Positions 1-8,562 of a stretch of 64,000 bases of DNA are shown in pieces; positions within the stretch are counted from its first letter, which is position 1, and every line of letters starts with the position of its first letter. The notes under the pieces were generated by a model that worked only from the letters and a program-made list of their open reading frames with translations, made no database searches and was not told where the DNA came from. Source of the stretch: Vicinamibacteria bacterium (GTDB taxonomy: Bacteria > Acidobacteriota > Vicinamibacteria > Marinacidobacterales > Marinacidobacteraceae); contig OY821641.1 of assembly GCA_963555995.3 (NCBI GenBank), positions 224,001-288,000 on the forward strand, written 5' to 3'. Made by a program: the position numbers and the translations under genes.

Positions 1-163
1 CGTCGTTCCCAACGGGTCGCTCGAACCGGAACGCGAGATCCATCTGATCCTCTACCGGGAGATCGAAGACGAGCACGGCCAGGGGCTCGAGCCGCAGCCG
101 CTGGCGGCCGAATGGGATGACGATGCGGTCTGGGTGCTCTCCTTCCGCACCGCCTCCCGGTGA
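1..163 (+). CDS. Partial CDS (C-terminal end), hypothetical protein, possibly an Ig-like domain
   Basis: Open frame from position 2 ([26 protein letters not shown]...[10 protein letters not shown]) ends in TGA 161-163, overlapping the GTG start of thiD (GTGA). Confidence 0.6.
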   Translation, partial: VVPNGSLEPEREIHLILYREIEDEHGQGLEPQPLAAEWDDDAVWVLSFRTASR

Positions 164-975
164 GCGCCGTTTCCCGGCGGCGCGCTGACGCCCCGCCGGT
201 AGCCCTCACCATCGCCGGGTCGGACTCCGGGGGCGGGGCCGGCGTCCAGGCCGACCTGAAGACCTTCGCGGCGCACGGGGTGTACGGCCTGTCGGCGGTC
301 ACCGCGGTCACCGCGCAGAACACCGTCGCGGTGACCGGGGTGCAGGAGATCGAGCCGGAACTGGTGGCCTCCCAGATCGCCGCGGTGGTCTCCGACTTTC
401 CGGTGGGGGCGGCGAAGACCGGCATGCTGTCCTCCGCGGCCATCATCCGGGTGGTGGCGCGGGCGGTGGACGACCACGAACTGCGGGTCGTCGTGGACCC
501 GGTGATGGTCGCGAAGAGCGGCGACCGGCTGCTCCAGCCGGACGCGGTGGAGACGCTCCGCGACGAGCTCCTGCCGCGGGCGGCGCTCCTCACCCCGAAC
601 CTCCCGGAGGCTGCCGACCTCACCGGGCTCCAGGTGGAAGATGAGGACGACATGCGGGCCGCCGGAGCGAAACTCCTGGAGATGGGCGCCCGGGCGGTGC
701 TCATGAAGGGAGGCCATCTCGACGGCGACAAGGTGGTGGACCTCTTCCTCGAGGGGAACCGCGTCCTCCGCTTCGCCGGCCAGCGGATCCGCACCCGGGC
801 CACCCACGGCACCGGCTGCACGCTGTCGGCCGCGGTGGCGGCGAACCTGGCGCTCGGCCGCACCCTGTCCGTGGCGGTGAAGCGGTCGCGCCAGTACCTG
901 CGCACGGCGATGCTGCGGGCCGCTCCCCTCGGCGAGGGCCACGGCCCGCTCGGGCACCTGCCGCCCCCGTCCTGA
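160..975 (+). CDS. thiD: Hydroxymethylpyrimidine/phosphomethylpyrimidine kinase
   Basis: Motifs [50 protein letters not shown]. Confidence 0.95.
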   Translation: MSAVSRRRADAPPVALTIAGSDSGGGAGVQADLKTFAAHGVYGLSAVTAVTAQNTVAVTGVQEIEPELVASQIAAVVSDFPVGAAKTGMLSSAAIIRVVARAVDDHELRVVVDPVMVAKSGDRLLQPDAVETLRDELLPRAALLTPNLPEAADLTGLQVEDEDDMRAAGAKLLEMGARAVLMKGGHLDGDKVVDLFLEGNRVLRFAGQRIRTRATHGTGCTLSAAVAANLALGRTLSVAVKRSRQYLRTAMLRAAPLGEGHGPLGHLPPPS

Positions 976-1406
976 TGGAACGGTTCCGGATCACCGCCGA
1001 ACCGCTGGACGCGAACGCCATCGCGGCGGGGCTTCCCACCCCCGAGGACGGCGCGGTGGTCGTCTTCTCGGGGATCGTCCGCGCTCAGAACCAGGGGCGG
1101 CAGGTCCTCCATCTCGAGTACGAGGCGTACGAGGCCATGGCGTACCCGGTGCTCGAACGGGTGGCGGAGGACGTGAGCCGGCGTTTCGGGGTCGAGCGCC
1201 TGCGGATCCACCACCGGATCGGGCGGGTGGACATCGGCGAGTCCAGCGTGCTGGTCGCGGCCGCCTCGCCGCACCGCGGCAGCGCCTTCGAGGCGGCCCG
1301 GCACGCCATGAACGAGATCAAGCGCATCGTGCCGATCTGGAAGCGCGAGTTCTTCGAGGGCGGGGACGTCTGGGTGGAGGGGCCGAAGGAGCCGGTGACC
1401 GAATGA
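975..1406 (+). CDS. moaE: Molybdopterin synthase catalytic subunit
   Basis: [39 protein letters not shown] motifs. Confidence 0.95.
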   Translation: MERFRITAEPLDANAIAAGLPTPEDGAVVVFSGIVRAQNQGRQVLHLEYEAYEAMAYPVLERVAEDVSRRFGVERLRIHHRIGRVDIGESSVLVAAASPHRGSAFEAARHAMNEIKRIVPIWKREFFEGGDVWVEGPKEPVTE

Positions 1407-1660
1407 CCGGGTCCGGGTCCGTCACGGTGCTGCTCTTCGCCGCCGCTCGGGAGGCCGCGGGACGGGGACGCCTGGAGGTCCCCTATCGGGAGGGACTCAC
1501 CGCCGCCGAGGTCTGGAAGGACCTGGAGAGCGAGCGCCCCGCCCTGGCGCCGCTTTCCGGCTCGGTCAGCGTCGCGGTGAACCACCGCTTCGTCCCTCGG
1601 GACACGCTGCTCGCCGCCGGCGACGAACTGGCCTTCCTCCCCCCCGTCAGCGGCGGCTGA
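1403..1660 (+). CDS. moaD: Molybdopterin synthase sulfur carrier subunit
   Basis: 85 aa ubiquitin-like protein with [12 protein letters not shown] and C-terminal PPVSGG; coupled to moaE. Confidence 0.95.
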   Translation: MTGSGSVTVLLFAAAREAAGRGRLEVPYREGLTAAEVWKDLESERPALAPLSGSVSVAVNHRFVPRDTLLAAGDELAFLPPVSGG

Positions 1661-1672
1661 GGAGCGGCGCGT

Positions 1673-2017
1673 TCAGCGCCAGGCGACCGGCTCCAGGCCC
1701 TCGGCGCCCGGGATGCGGCGCTTCGGGAGTGGGGGCGGAGCACCCATGTCCAGCATGAGGTGCCAGTAGCTCCAGGAACGAGCGTTGAAGATGCCCGGGT
1801 GGGCGTTCCGCAGGGCGGCGCGAAGTTCGTCGTCGTCGAAGTGGGACCGGACCTCGCGAAGTTCCTCGATGGTCCCGTACGTCATGGCGTGGTTGAGAAA
1901 CAGCACCGCGTCGCGCAGGGTCTCTTCCGGCGTCTGGAACCAGACGACGCGACGGGCAACCTGCAGGAGTTCCGTTGGGACGGAAGATCTTGTCCGGGCG
2001 GCGGAATCCGTGCTCAT
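1673..2017 (-). CDS. Conserved hypothetical protein, third gene of the phd-vapC operon
   Basis: ATG at 2017 overlaps the vapC TGA (ATGA). Protein MSTDSA...RRVVWF...MTYGT...PGIFNARSWSYWH...PPPLPKR resembles small proteins I recall beside AbiEii-type nucleotidyltransferases. Confidence 0.7.
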   Translation of the reverse strand: MSTDSAARTRSSVPTELLQVARRVVWFQTPEETLRDAVLFLNHAMTYGTIEELREVRSHFDDDELRAALRNAHPGIFNARSWSYWHLMLDMGAPPPLPKRRIPGAEGLEPVAWR

Positions 2018-2433
2018 GCCCACCGTTCGAGCCGGAGGCCTTCGAACCAGCGGAAGTCCCGCTGGTTGCGCGTGACGAGGGTGAGATCGTTGACCCGCGC
2101 AATCGCCGCGATCTGGCCGTCCATGAACGGAGGCGTTCTGCCGGCCGACATGAGCCTCGCGCGCTCGCCGGCATGCCATTCCGCGGCCCTCCGGTCATAG
2201 TCGAGGATCGGCAGGCTCGCCAACACGACCTCGGCCAGATAGGACTCGATCGAGTCGCGCCGCCGAGAGGGTGGAAGTCGTTCGCACCCGAAGCGCAGTT
2301 CGTGCCAGACGGGCGCCGCGATCGCGGATTCGTCCTCGTGTCGCTCCAACCAGCGGAGCACCTTGGCTGACGGCGCCGGGCGGGTTGGCTCCGAAACCAC
2401 GTCGGAGTCCAGAAGGTAGCGGGGCGTCACCAC
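2014..2433 (-). CDS. vapC: PIN-domain toxin (VapC family)
   Basis: YLLDSDVVSE N-terminus, HELRFG, DGQIAAIA, LVTRNQRDF. Confidence 0.92.
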   Translation of the reverse strand: MVTPRYLLDSDVVSEPTRPAPSAKVLRWLERHEDESAIAAPVWHELRFGCERLPPSRRRDSIESYLAEVVLASLPILDYDRRAAEWHAGERARLMSAGRTPPFMDGQIAAIARVNDLTLVTRNQRDFRWFEGLRLERWA

Positions 2434-2723
2434 TGGAAGTCTCGTCCCGGCGAGCGGTCGCGGACACTGGCGAAGATCTCATCGGGATCCAGGTCGAGTG
2501 CCGCAAGGTCGGTCTTCTGAACGAACGCCCGATACGCCTCCATGAAACCCGGCCGTCCGCGCGAAAGGTCCTCGAACCTCCGCCGGCTGACCAGCACCGC
2601 GACGGGTTCTCCCCGCCGACTGATTTCGACGGTACTCCCGCCCTCGGCGGCCCGGATGAGCGCCGGGAGGTGGCGGCGGGCCTCCGCGACGGAGTGACGA
2701 CGGCGTTCCTCGTTCGTGTTCAT
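2427..2723 (-). CDS. Phd/YefM-family antitoxin
   Basis: HSVAEARRHLPALIRAAEGGSTVEISRRGEPVAVL is the Phd fold signature; directly upstream of and overlapping vapC. Alternative start at 2735. Confidence 0.88.
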   Translation of the reverse strand: MNTNEERRRHSVAEARRHLPALIRAAEGGSTVEISRRGEPVAVLVSRRRFEDLSRGRPGFMEAYRAFVQKTDLAALDLDPDEIFASVRDRSPGRDFQW

Positions 2724-2768
2724 ATAGATGTACATTAGCGCCTCGCCCGCCTCGGGGAAAGGATCGCC

Positions 2769-4121
2769 ATGCCGCTTCATCGTCTTCTCTCTGTTGTCGC
2801 CGTTCTGGTCGTGGCCACCGGGGCCGCCGCCCAGCCGCTCCCGCCCGGGGTCACGCCGGAACTCGTGGACCGCGCCCGCGAGTTGCTCCGCAGCGTTCCC
2901 TTCGCCGACGGGCACAACGATCTGCCGAGTTCGCTGCTCGACGTGGTCCGGGGCGATCTCGATGCGCCGGGCGCGGATTTGAGCCGGGTGCAGATGGAGC
3001 TGCCCGCCGACATCCCGCGGCTCCGCGAGGGTGGGGTCGGGATGCAGTTCTGGTCGGCCTTCGTGGATACGGACTTCATCGCCACCGGGGACTCGCTCCG
3101 GCAGGCGATCCGCCAGATTGATGTCATCCACCGGTTCGTGGACCGCTACGAGGACTTCGAGTTCGCCCGCACCGCCGGCGACATCGAGCGGGCGTACGCC
3201 GCCGGACGGATCGCCTCCATGATCGGCCTCGAGGGCGGCCACGCGATCGAGGGCTCCACCGCGGCGCTCCGGATGTTCTTCGAACTGGGTGTCCGCTACG
3301 TGACGCTGACCCACTTCCGGACGCACGACTGGGCGGACGCGGCGACCGACATTCCGCTGCACCGGGGTCTCTCGCCCTTCGGCGAGGAAGTGATCCGCGA
3401 GATGAACCGCCTCGGGATGTTCGTGGACCTGTCGCACGTGAGCGCCGAGACGATGCGCGACGCCCTCCGGATCAGCGAGGCGCCGGTGCTCTTTTCCCAT
3501 TCGGGGGCGCGGGCGGTGAACGCCCACCCGCGCAACGTGCCCGACGACGTGCTGCGGCTGCTCCCCGCGAACGGCGGGGTGGTGATGATGGACTTCATTC
3601 CCGGCTACGTGGTGCCCACGCCGCCCGAATGGCTCGCGCGGGAGGGCATTGAGGCCGAAGAGGACCGGGCGGCCATGGGGATGGGCGCCGCCGAGCCGGT
3701 CTGGGGGGCGCTCCGGAACCGCGAACGCGAGCGGCTCCGGGCCGAGCTGGACGACGAGGCGGAGGTGGCCCGGCTCCTCTCCCGCTGGGAGGCGGACAAC
3801 CCGATGCCGCGCGGCACGGTCTCGGACGTCGCCCTGCACATCGAACACATCCGGGACGTGGCGGGGCTGGCCCACATCGGCATCGGCTCCGACTACTACG
3901 ATCCGGGCGGCCCGTCCATGGTGGAGGGGCTCGACCACGTGGACCGGTTCCCGGTGCTCTTCGCCGAACTGCTGCTGCGGGGCTGGTCCGAGGAGGACCT
4001 CCGGCAGATCGCCGCCGGGAACGTGCTGCGGGCGCTTCGCGAGGTCGAGCGGGTGGCGGCGGAACTCCGGGAGACGCGGTCGCCGTCCACGGCTGATCTG
4101 CGGGGCGTGGGGGCCCGGTAG
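2769..4121 (+). CDS. Secreted membrane dipeptidase (peptidase M19)
   Basis: Signal peptide; DGHNDL, GLEGGH, VDLSH, FSHS, HIGIGSDY motifs. Confidence 0.92.
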   Translation: MPLHRLLSVVAVLVVATGAAAQPLPPGVTPELVDRARELLRSVPFADGHNDLPSSLLDVVRGDLDAPGADLSRVQMELPADIPRLREGGVGMQFWSAFVDTDFIATGDSLRQAIRQIDVIHRFVDRYEDFEFARTAGDIERAYAAGRIASMIGLEGGHAIEGSTAALRMFFELGVRYVTLTHFRTHDWADAATDIPLHRGLSPFGEEVIREMNRLGMFVDLSHVSAETMRDALRISEAPVLFSHSGARAVNAHPRNVPDDVLRLLPANGGVVMMDFIPGYVVPTPPEWLAREGIEAEEDRAAMGMGAAEPVWGALRNRERERLRAELDDEAEVARLLSRWEADNPMPRGTVSDVALHIEHIRDVAGLAHIGIGSDYYDPGGPSMVEGLDHVDRFPVLFAELLLRGWSEEDLRQIAAGNVLRALREVERVAAELRETRSPSTADLRGVGAR

Positions 4122-4158
4122 GAGCCAGGTGCCGGTGATTTCAGAACGGCGGAACGGT

Positions 4159-4469
4159 CTGGAGCGCCGGCTTCAGCCGGCACCGCGGGCCGAAGGCGGG
4201 CGGCGGTGCGGCGCGCCCGGGCCAGGAGGGCGCGACCGAGTGGCCCCAGTCCATAGGGCTGTCGAAGGTCGTGCCGTGCCGGCTGAAGCCGGCGCTCCAA
4301 GCCATCGGGCCGTCACGCGGGGGCAGGGGCGGGCGGTCCGCCGCGCTTCGCGCGGCGGGTGCGGGCTGAAGCCGGCGTTCCGGGCCGGCGGCGTCATCCG
4401 TTGACGCTGAGGACTGGGGGTCGCGTTTCGCGGCCTGCGGCCGCGATGCCGGCCGGAGGCCGGCGCTCC
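4159..4469. repeat. Cluster of four REP-like palindromes (family 1) between convergent genes
   Basis: CTGGAGCGCCGGCTTCAGCCGGCAC 4159-4183; inverted copies 4276-4301 and 4359-4383; variant 4445-4469. Confidence 0.9.
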
Positions 4470-4471
4470 GA

Positions 4472-5935
4472 TCAGCCCAGGCTCTTGTGGAGCCGGGTGG
4501 CGCGGCGTTCGAGTTCCTTCCGGTAGCGGCGGCTCGTTTCCGGGCCCATCTCGATCCGGGGGAGCCGTTCGAGGGCGTCCTCGACGTGGGTGAGCGCCCG
4601 GGCCGGTTCCTTCCGCTGGTGTTCCTCGTGCTTGGCGAGCCAGACGAGCATGTCGAGCCGCTCTCGCGAATCGGAGATGCTGACCCGGCGCCAGAGTTCG
4701 ATGGCGCCTTCCCAGTCGCCGAGCTGCTTGCGCCGTTCTCCGAGGTCGAGCAGGCAGCGGTCGCGGTTCCGGCCGGAGAGGCCGGCGGACAGCGCCCGCT
4801 CCAGGAGCGGGATCGCGACCTCCGACTCCCCGCGCCGCCAGAAGTGGTGTCCCGCGCCGTGGAGGTCGGCGGGATCGTCGCTGTGCCAGTCCTCGTCCAT
4901 CCGCTCGAGCGCCCGGAGCGCGAGCGCGGCCAGCGTGACGATGTCGTAGCGGTTGTGCGCCAGCACCGACTCCATGGCGGGGTGGTGTCCGTAGCGGAGG
5001 AAGTCGAAAAACACCTGGGGGATCCGGTCTCCGGGGATGTCGTCGTCGCGCTCGACTTCGAGGAGCTCCCGTTCGAGGGTGGCGAGGCGGGCGTTCTCGT
5101 GGCGCGGCTTGAAGAGCCGCCGCGCCGGATGCAGCAGATCCAGATGACGCGTGTCCCGGAAGGGGGAAGCCACGCCGTTCAACGCGAACCGGGTCTCCAG
5201 CAGCGGCAGGTCGAAACTGCCGCCGTTGTAGGTCACGAGGTCGCGGCGGCCGGCCGCCAGGACAGCGAGGTCCTCCAGCATGGCGGCCTCCCCCAGCGGG
5301 CTGCGCAGGAGGAACTGCGTGACCCGGAAGCGGTCTCCCTCCACGAAGCCGACGCCGATCAGGAAGGCGAAGGTGCCGGTGCCCCCGGCGAGTCCGCTGG
5401 TCTCGGTGTCCACGAAGAGCGCCCGCGAGAGGTCCACACCGGGCTCCTCGGGGCGGATCTGGAGGCGCCGGGTGGCGTCCTCCCGCGCATCGAGGAGCCG
5501 CGCCAGCGTCTCGCCGCCGTAACGCGATTCCAGCGGAACGTCGTGGTCTTCCCGCGTGAAGGGTTCTTCCGGCGTCCCGGCCGCCCGTTCGGACGCGACG
5601 AACCGGTCCTCCGCTCCGAACGCAGGTTCGGGCCCGGCCTCCCGGACCGATGGCCGGGCCTCCGCGCCCGAGGCGACCCGGAGTTCCTTCCAGCCCTGCT
5701 CCGTCCGCCGGATGAGTTCCCGGGCGCGCGCCAGCCGGGCGGCCTTTTCGTCTCCGTACCGGTCGTCCCCGCGGGGTTCTTCGGGAATCCCCGGGAACGC
5801 TCCGTCCGCGGGGGCCTCCGGCAGCGGCGCCTCCGCCGCCGGCTCGGGGGCGGCGGCGCGGCCCACGACCTGCGCCCGGCTGCGCCGGATCCGTTCCGCG
5901 AGGGAGCCTCGGTTCGGCGCCATGGACCGCGTCAC
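4472..5935 (-). CDS. MrfB/YprB-like RNase H-fold (DEDD) exonuclease with C-terminal TPRs
   Basis: LFVDTETSGLAGGTGTFAFLIG, TYNGGSFDLP, HLDLLH, HNRYDI, followed by a TPR-like tail. GTG start overlaps the helicase stop (alternative ATG 5923). Confidence 0.85.
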   Translation of the reverse strand: MTRSMAPNRGSLAERIRRSRAQVVGRAAAPEPAAEAPLPEAPADGAFPGIPEEPRGDDRYGDEKAARLARARELIRRTEQGWKELRVASGAEARPSVREAGPEPAFGAEDRFVASERAAGTPEEPFTREDHDVPLESRYGGETLARLLDAREDATRRLQIRPEEPGVDLSRALFVDTETSGLAGGTGTFAFLIGVGFVEGDRFRVTQFLLRSPLGEAAMLEDLAVLAAGRRDLVTYNGGSFDLPLLETRFALNGVASPFRDTRHLDLLHPARRLFKPRHENARLATLERELLEVERDDDIPGDRIPQVFFDFLRYGHHPAMESVLAHNRYDIVTLAALALRALERMDEDWHSDDPADLHGAGHHFWRRGESEVAIPLLERALSAGLSGRNRDRCLLDLGERRKQLGDWEGAIELWRRVSISDSRERLDMLVWLAKHEEHQRKEPARALTHVEDALERLPRIEMGPETSRRYRKELERRATRLHKSLG

Positions 5936-8343
5936 CGGGCGGCCCCCGAAGCGACGGCCTCCGCCGCCTCGCGCCCCCGGATCCGCTGGAGAATGGCGAC
6001 GGCGGCGGCCTTCCCGTGGCGGCCCACCTCGCCGGCCGGCCCGACGCACGACGGACATCCCGCCTGGCACGGGCAGCGCTCGATCAGCCCGAGCGTCTCG
6101 GCGAGCAGGGTGGCCCGGGACTCCCAGAGCGGCTCCGAGAACCCGATGCCGCCCGGAACGTTGTCGTAGATGAAGATCCGGGTCACCGCGTCCGATTCGC
6201 CGGGCTCCGCTTCCGCGGGGTCCGAGTGGGGCGGCCCGGCGTCCCGCGAGCCCGTCCCGATGGCGGACCCGATGTCGTGGGACTCGCACATAAGGAACGT
6301 GGTGGCCACCGCGCGCATCGCGTTCCTGATCCCGCGGATGCCGTCCCGGCGGTCTTCGGGACCGAAAGGGACCGCCGCCAGCACCTCGGGCGGCGCCTCG
6401 AGCCAGAACGCGGTGGTGTGCATCTCGACGGCGGGCAGGTCGAGTTCGCCGGAGCCCACGTTCTCGCCCGTGAAGAACTTGATCTTCTTGAAGCCGACGA
6501 CCTGCTTGACGACGTGGACCTCGCCGTGCGACGCCGGCGCGGACGGCTCCGGCGCGGCCTCGAAGGCGTCGAGGATGGTGACCTTGGTGTGGGTGACCGC
6601 GTCCGTGTAGTAGTCGCTCTCGATGGGGCGGACCTCGGCCCGCCGCTCCTGATGGTCCAGTTGTTCGACGTAGTAGGTGTCGCTCTCGAGCATGTAGATG
6701 GCCTTCTCGTGGAGGGTCGAGTGGGCGCTCACGAAGTCCACCTCCGCGATGACCCGTCCGCTCTCCCGGTCGTGGACCACGAAGTTGTCGGAGCTGATCG
6801 AGCGCAGGCTCACGCTGTTCGCCGGGTAGGAGTCGGCCGTCCAGAACCAGCGGTCGCCGGCCCGGTAGAGGATCCTCTCCTCCTCGAGCACCCCGAGCAG
6901 TTCTTCGAGGTTCTCGTCGCCGAACCGCTCCCCCTTGCGGAACGGCAGCTCGAAGGCCGCGCACTTGAGGTGCTCGATCAGGACCTGGAGGTTCTCCGGA
7001 TTGATCAACCCCCGCTCGGGCGTCCCTTCGAAGAAGTAGTCCGGGTGCTGGATGACGAACTGGTTGATCGGGGTCGAGTTCGCCACCAGCACCGCCGCCG
7101 CGGTCCCGCCGCGGCGTCCCGCCCGTCCCGCCTGCTGCCAGGTGGAGGCGATGGTTCCGGGGTAGCCGGAGATCACCGCGACGTCGAGGCTGCCGATATC
7201 AATCCCCAGTTCCAGCGCGTTCGTGGAGACGACGCCGAGGACGCTCCCGTTCTTGATGCCGTCCTCGATCTCCCGCCGCTTCTTCGGCAGGTAGCCGCCC
7301 CGGTAGCCGCGGATCCGGTCGCTCCGGTCGGGACGGGTCTCGATGTCCTGCTTCAGGTACTTGACGAGCACCTCGGTCTGGGTGCGGGAGCGGGCGAACA
7401 CGATGGTCTGCAGGTCGCCCTTCAGGAAACCTCCGGCGATCCGGCGCGTCTCGCCGAGCGCCGAGCGGCGGATGCCGAGTTCCGGGTTCACCACCGGAGG
7501 GTTGTAGAACAGGAAGAAGCGTTCCGGCCGGGGGGCGCCGCTGCGCTCCACGAGGGAGATGGGGCGCTCGGTGAGCCCCTCCGCCAGCTCGCGCGGGTTC
7601 GCGATGGTGGCGGAACTGAGGATGAACCGGGGGGCCGCGCCGTAGTGGGCGCACACGCGGCGGAGCCGCCGGAGCAGGTTGGCCAGATGACTGCCGAACA
7701 CCCCCCGGTAGGTGTGCATCTCGTCAATGACGACGAAGCGCAGGTTCTCGAAGAGCTTGGCCCACTTCGTGTGGTGGGGGAGGATGCCCGCGTGGAGCAT
7801 GTCCGGGTTCGTGACGACGATGTGCGCCCGGGTGCGGATGCTGCGGCGGGCGTCGCCGGGGGTGTCCCCGTCGTAGACATCGGCGCGGACGTCCTCCCCG
7901 AGCAGGTCCTTGAGGCTGAGGATCTCCTTCTTCTGGTCCTGGGAGAGCGCCTTGGTGGGGAAGAGGTAGAGCGCGCGGGCGTCGGGCTCCCGGAGGATCC
8001 GGTTCAGGACCGGCGCGTTGTAGCAGAGGGTCTTGCCCGAAGCGGTCGGGGTGACCGCGGCGACGTCCTCCCCCGCCTCGACCCGGTCGAGCACCTCCCG
8101 CTGGTGGGAATAGAGCTGCTCGACGCCCCGGCGGCGGTAGGCGTCCCGCAGGCGGGGGTCCAGGTGATCGGGAAAGTCGCGGTAGTCGCCGGGTTCCGCC
8201 GGGAAGTGGCGGAGCGCGGTGACTCCCCGGAGTGCGGCGCCGGCATCCAGTTCGGCGACCAGCGACCGGATTGCGGCGCGCCGCTCGGGTAGCGTGAGAC
8301 TCGTTGGCTCGGCGGCGGGCGTCCTGTCGGGGCCGGGTTCCAT
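5932..8343 (-). CDS. MrfA/YprA-like SF2 DExH helicase with DUF1998 C-terminal four-Cys domain
   Basis: TPTASGKT, DEMH, SAT, QQAGRAGRR; C-terminal YDNVPGGIG and CPCQAGCPSC. Confidence 0.9.
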   Translation of the reverse strand: MEPGPDRTPAAEPTSLTLPERRAAIRSLVAELDAGAALRGVTALRHFPAEPGDYRDFPDHLDPRLRDAYRRRGVEQLYSHQREVLDRVEAGEDVAAVTPTASGKTLCYNAPVLNRILREPDARALYLFPTKALSQDQKKEILSLKDLLGEDVRADVYDGDTPGDARRSIRTRAHIVVTNPDMLHAGILPHHTKWAKLFENLRFVVIDEMHTYRGVFGSHLANLLRRLRRVCAHYGAAPRFILSSATIANPRELAEGLTERPISLVERSGAPRPERFFLFYNPPVVNPELGIRRSALGETRRIAGGFLKGDLQTIVFARSRTQTEVLVKYLKQDIETRPDRSDRIRGYRGGYLPKKRREIEDGIKNGSVLGVVSTNALELGIDIGSLDVAVISGYPGTIASTWQQAGRAGRRGGTAAAVLVANSTPINQFVIQHPDYFFEGTPERGLINPENLQVLIEHLKCAAFELPFRKGERFGDENLEELLGVLEEERILYRAGDRWFWTADSYPANSVSLRSISSDNFVVHDRESGRVIAEVDFVSAHSTLHEKAIYMLESDTYYVEQLDHQERRAEVRPIESDYYTDAVTHTKVTILDAFEAAPEPSAPASHGEVHVVKQVVGFKKIKFFTGENVGSGELDLPAVEMHTTAFWLEAPPEVLAAVPFGPEDRRDGIRGIRNAMRAVATTFLMCESHDIGSAIGTGSRDAGPPHSDPAEAEPGESDAVTRIFIYDNVPGGIGFSEPLWESRATLLAETLGLIERCPCQAGCPSCVGPAGEVGRHGKAAAVAILQRIRGREAAEAVASGAAR

Positions 8344-8434
8344 TGTCGGGCGGCCGCCCATCGGCGACCGGTTGGGGACTGTACCCGGCGCCCGAGACAG
8401 ATTCGGCCACCCCGGTTCGGCCACGCCGGAACCC

Positions 8435-8532
8435 TGGCGGAAGCGTGTGGGAATCGAACCCACCATCCCGGGGGCTAACCCGGAATCAACGGATTTGAAG
8501 TCCGCGGAGGCCGCCAGACCCCATGCGCTTCC
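8435..8532 (-). tRNA. selC: tRNA-Sec (anticodon UCA)
   Basis: 98 nt; 8-position acceptor stem and 5-bp T stem; 6-bp D stem with 4-nt loop; anticodon loop CTTCAAA; long variable arm; G discriminator and encoded CCA. Confidence 0.93.
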
Positions 8533-8562
8533 GGAGAGGCGAACCGGGAGCGGGTCACCGGT

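Noticed and set aside
4159-4469. REP clusters as a CRISPR array
   Set aside because: Copies are inverted relative to each other, spacing is irregular, spacers are homologous between clusters, and there are no cas genes.
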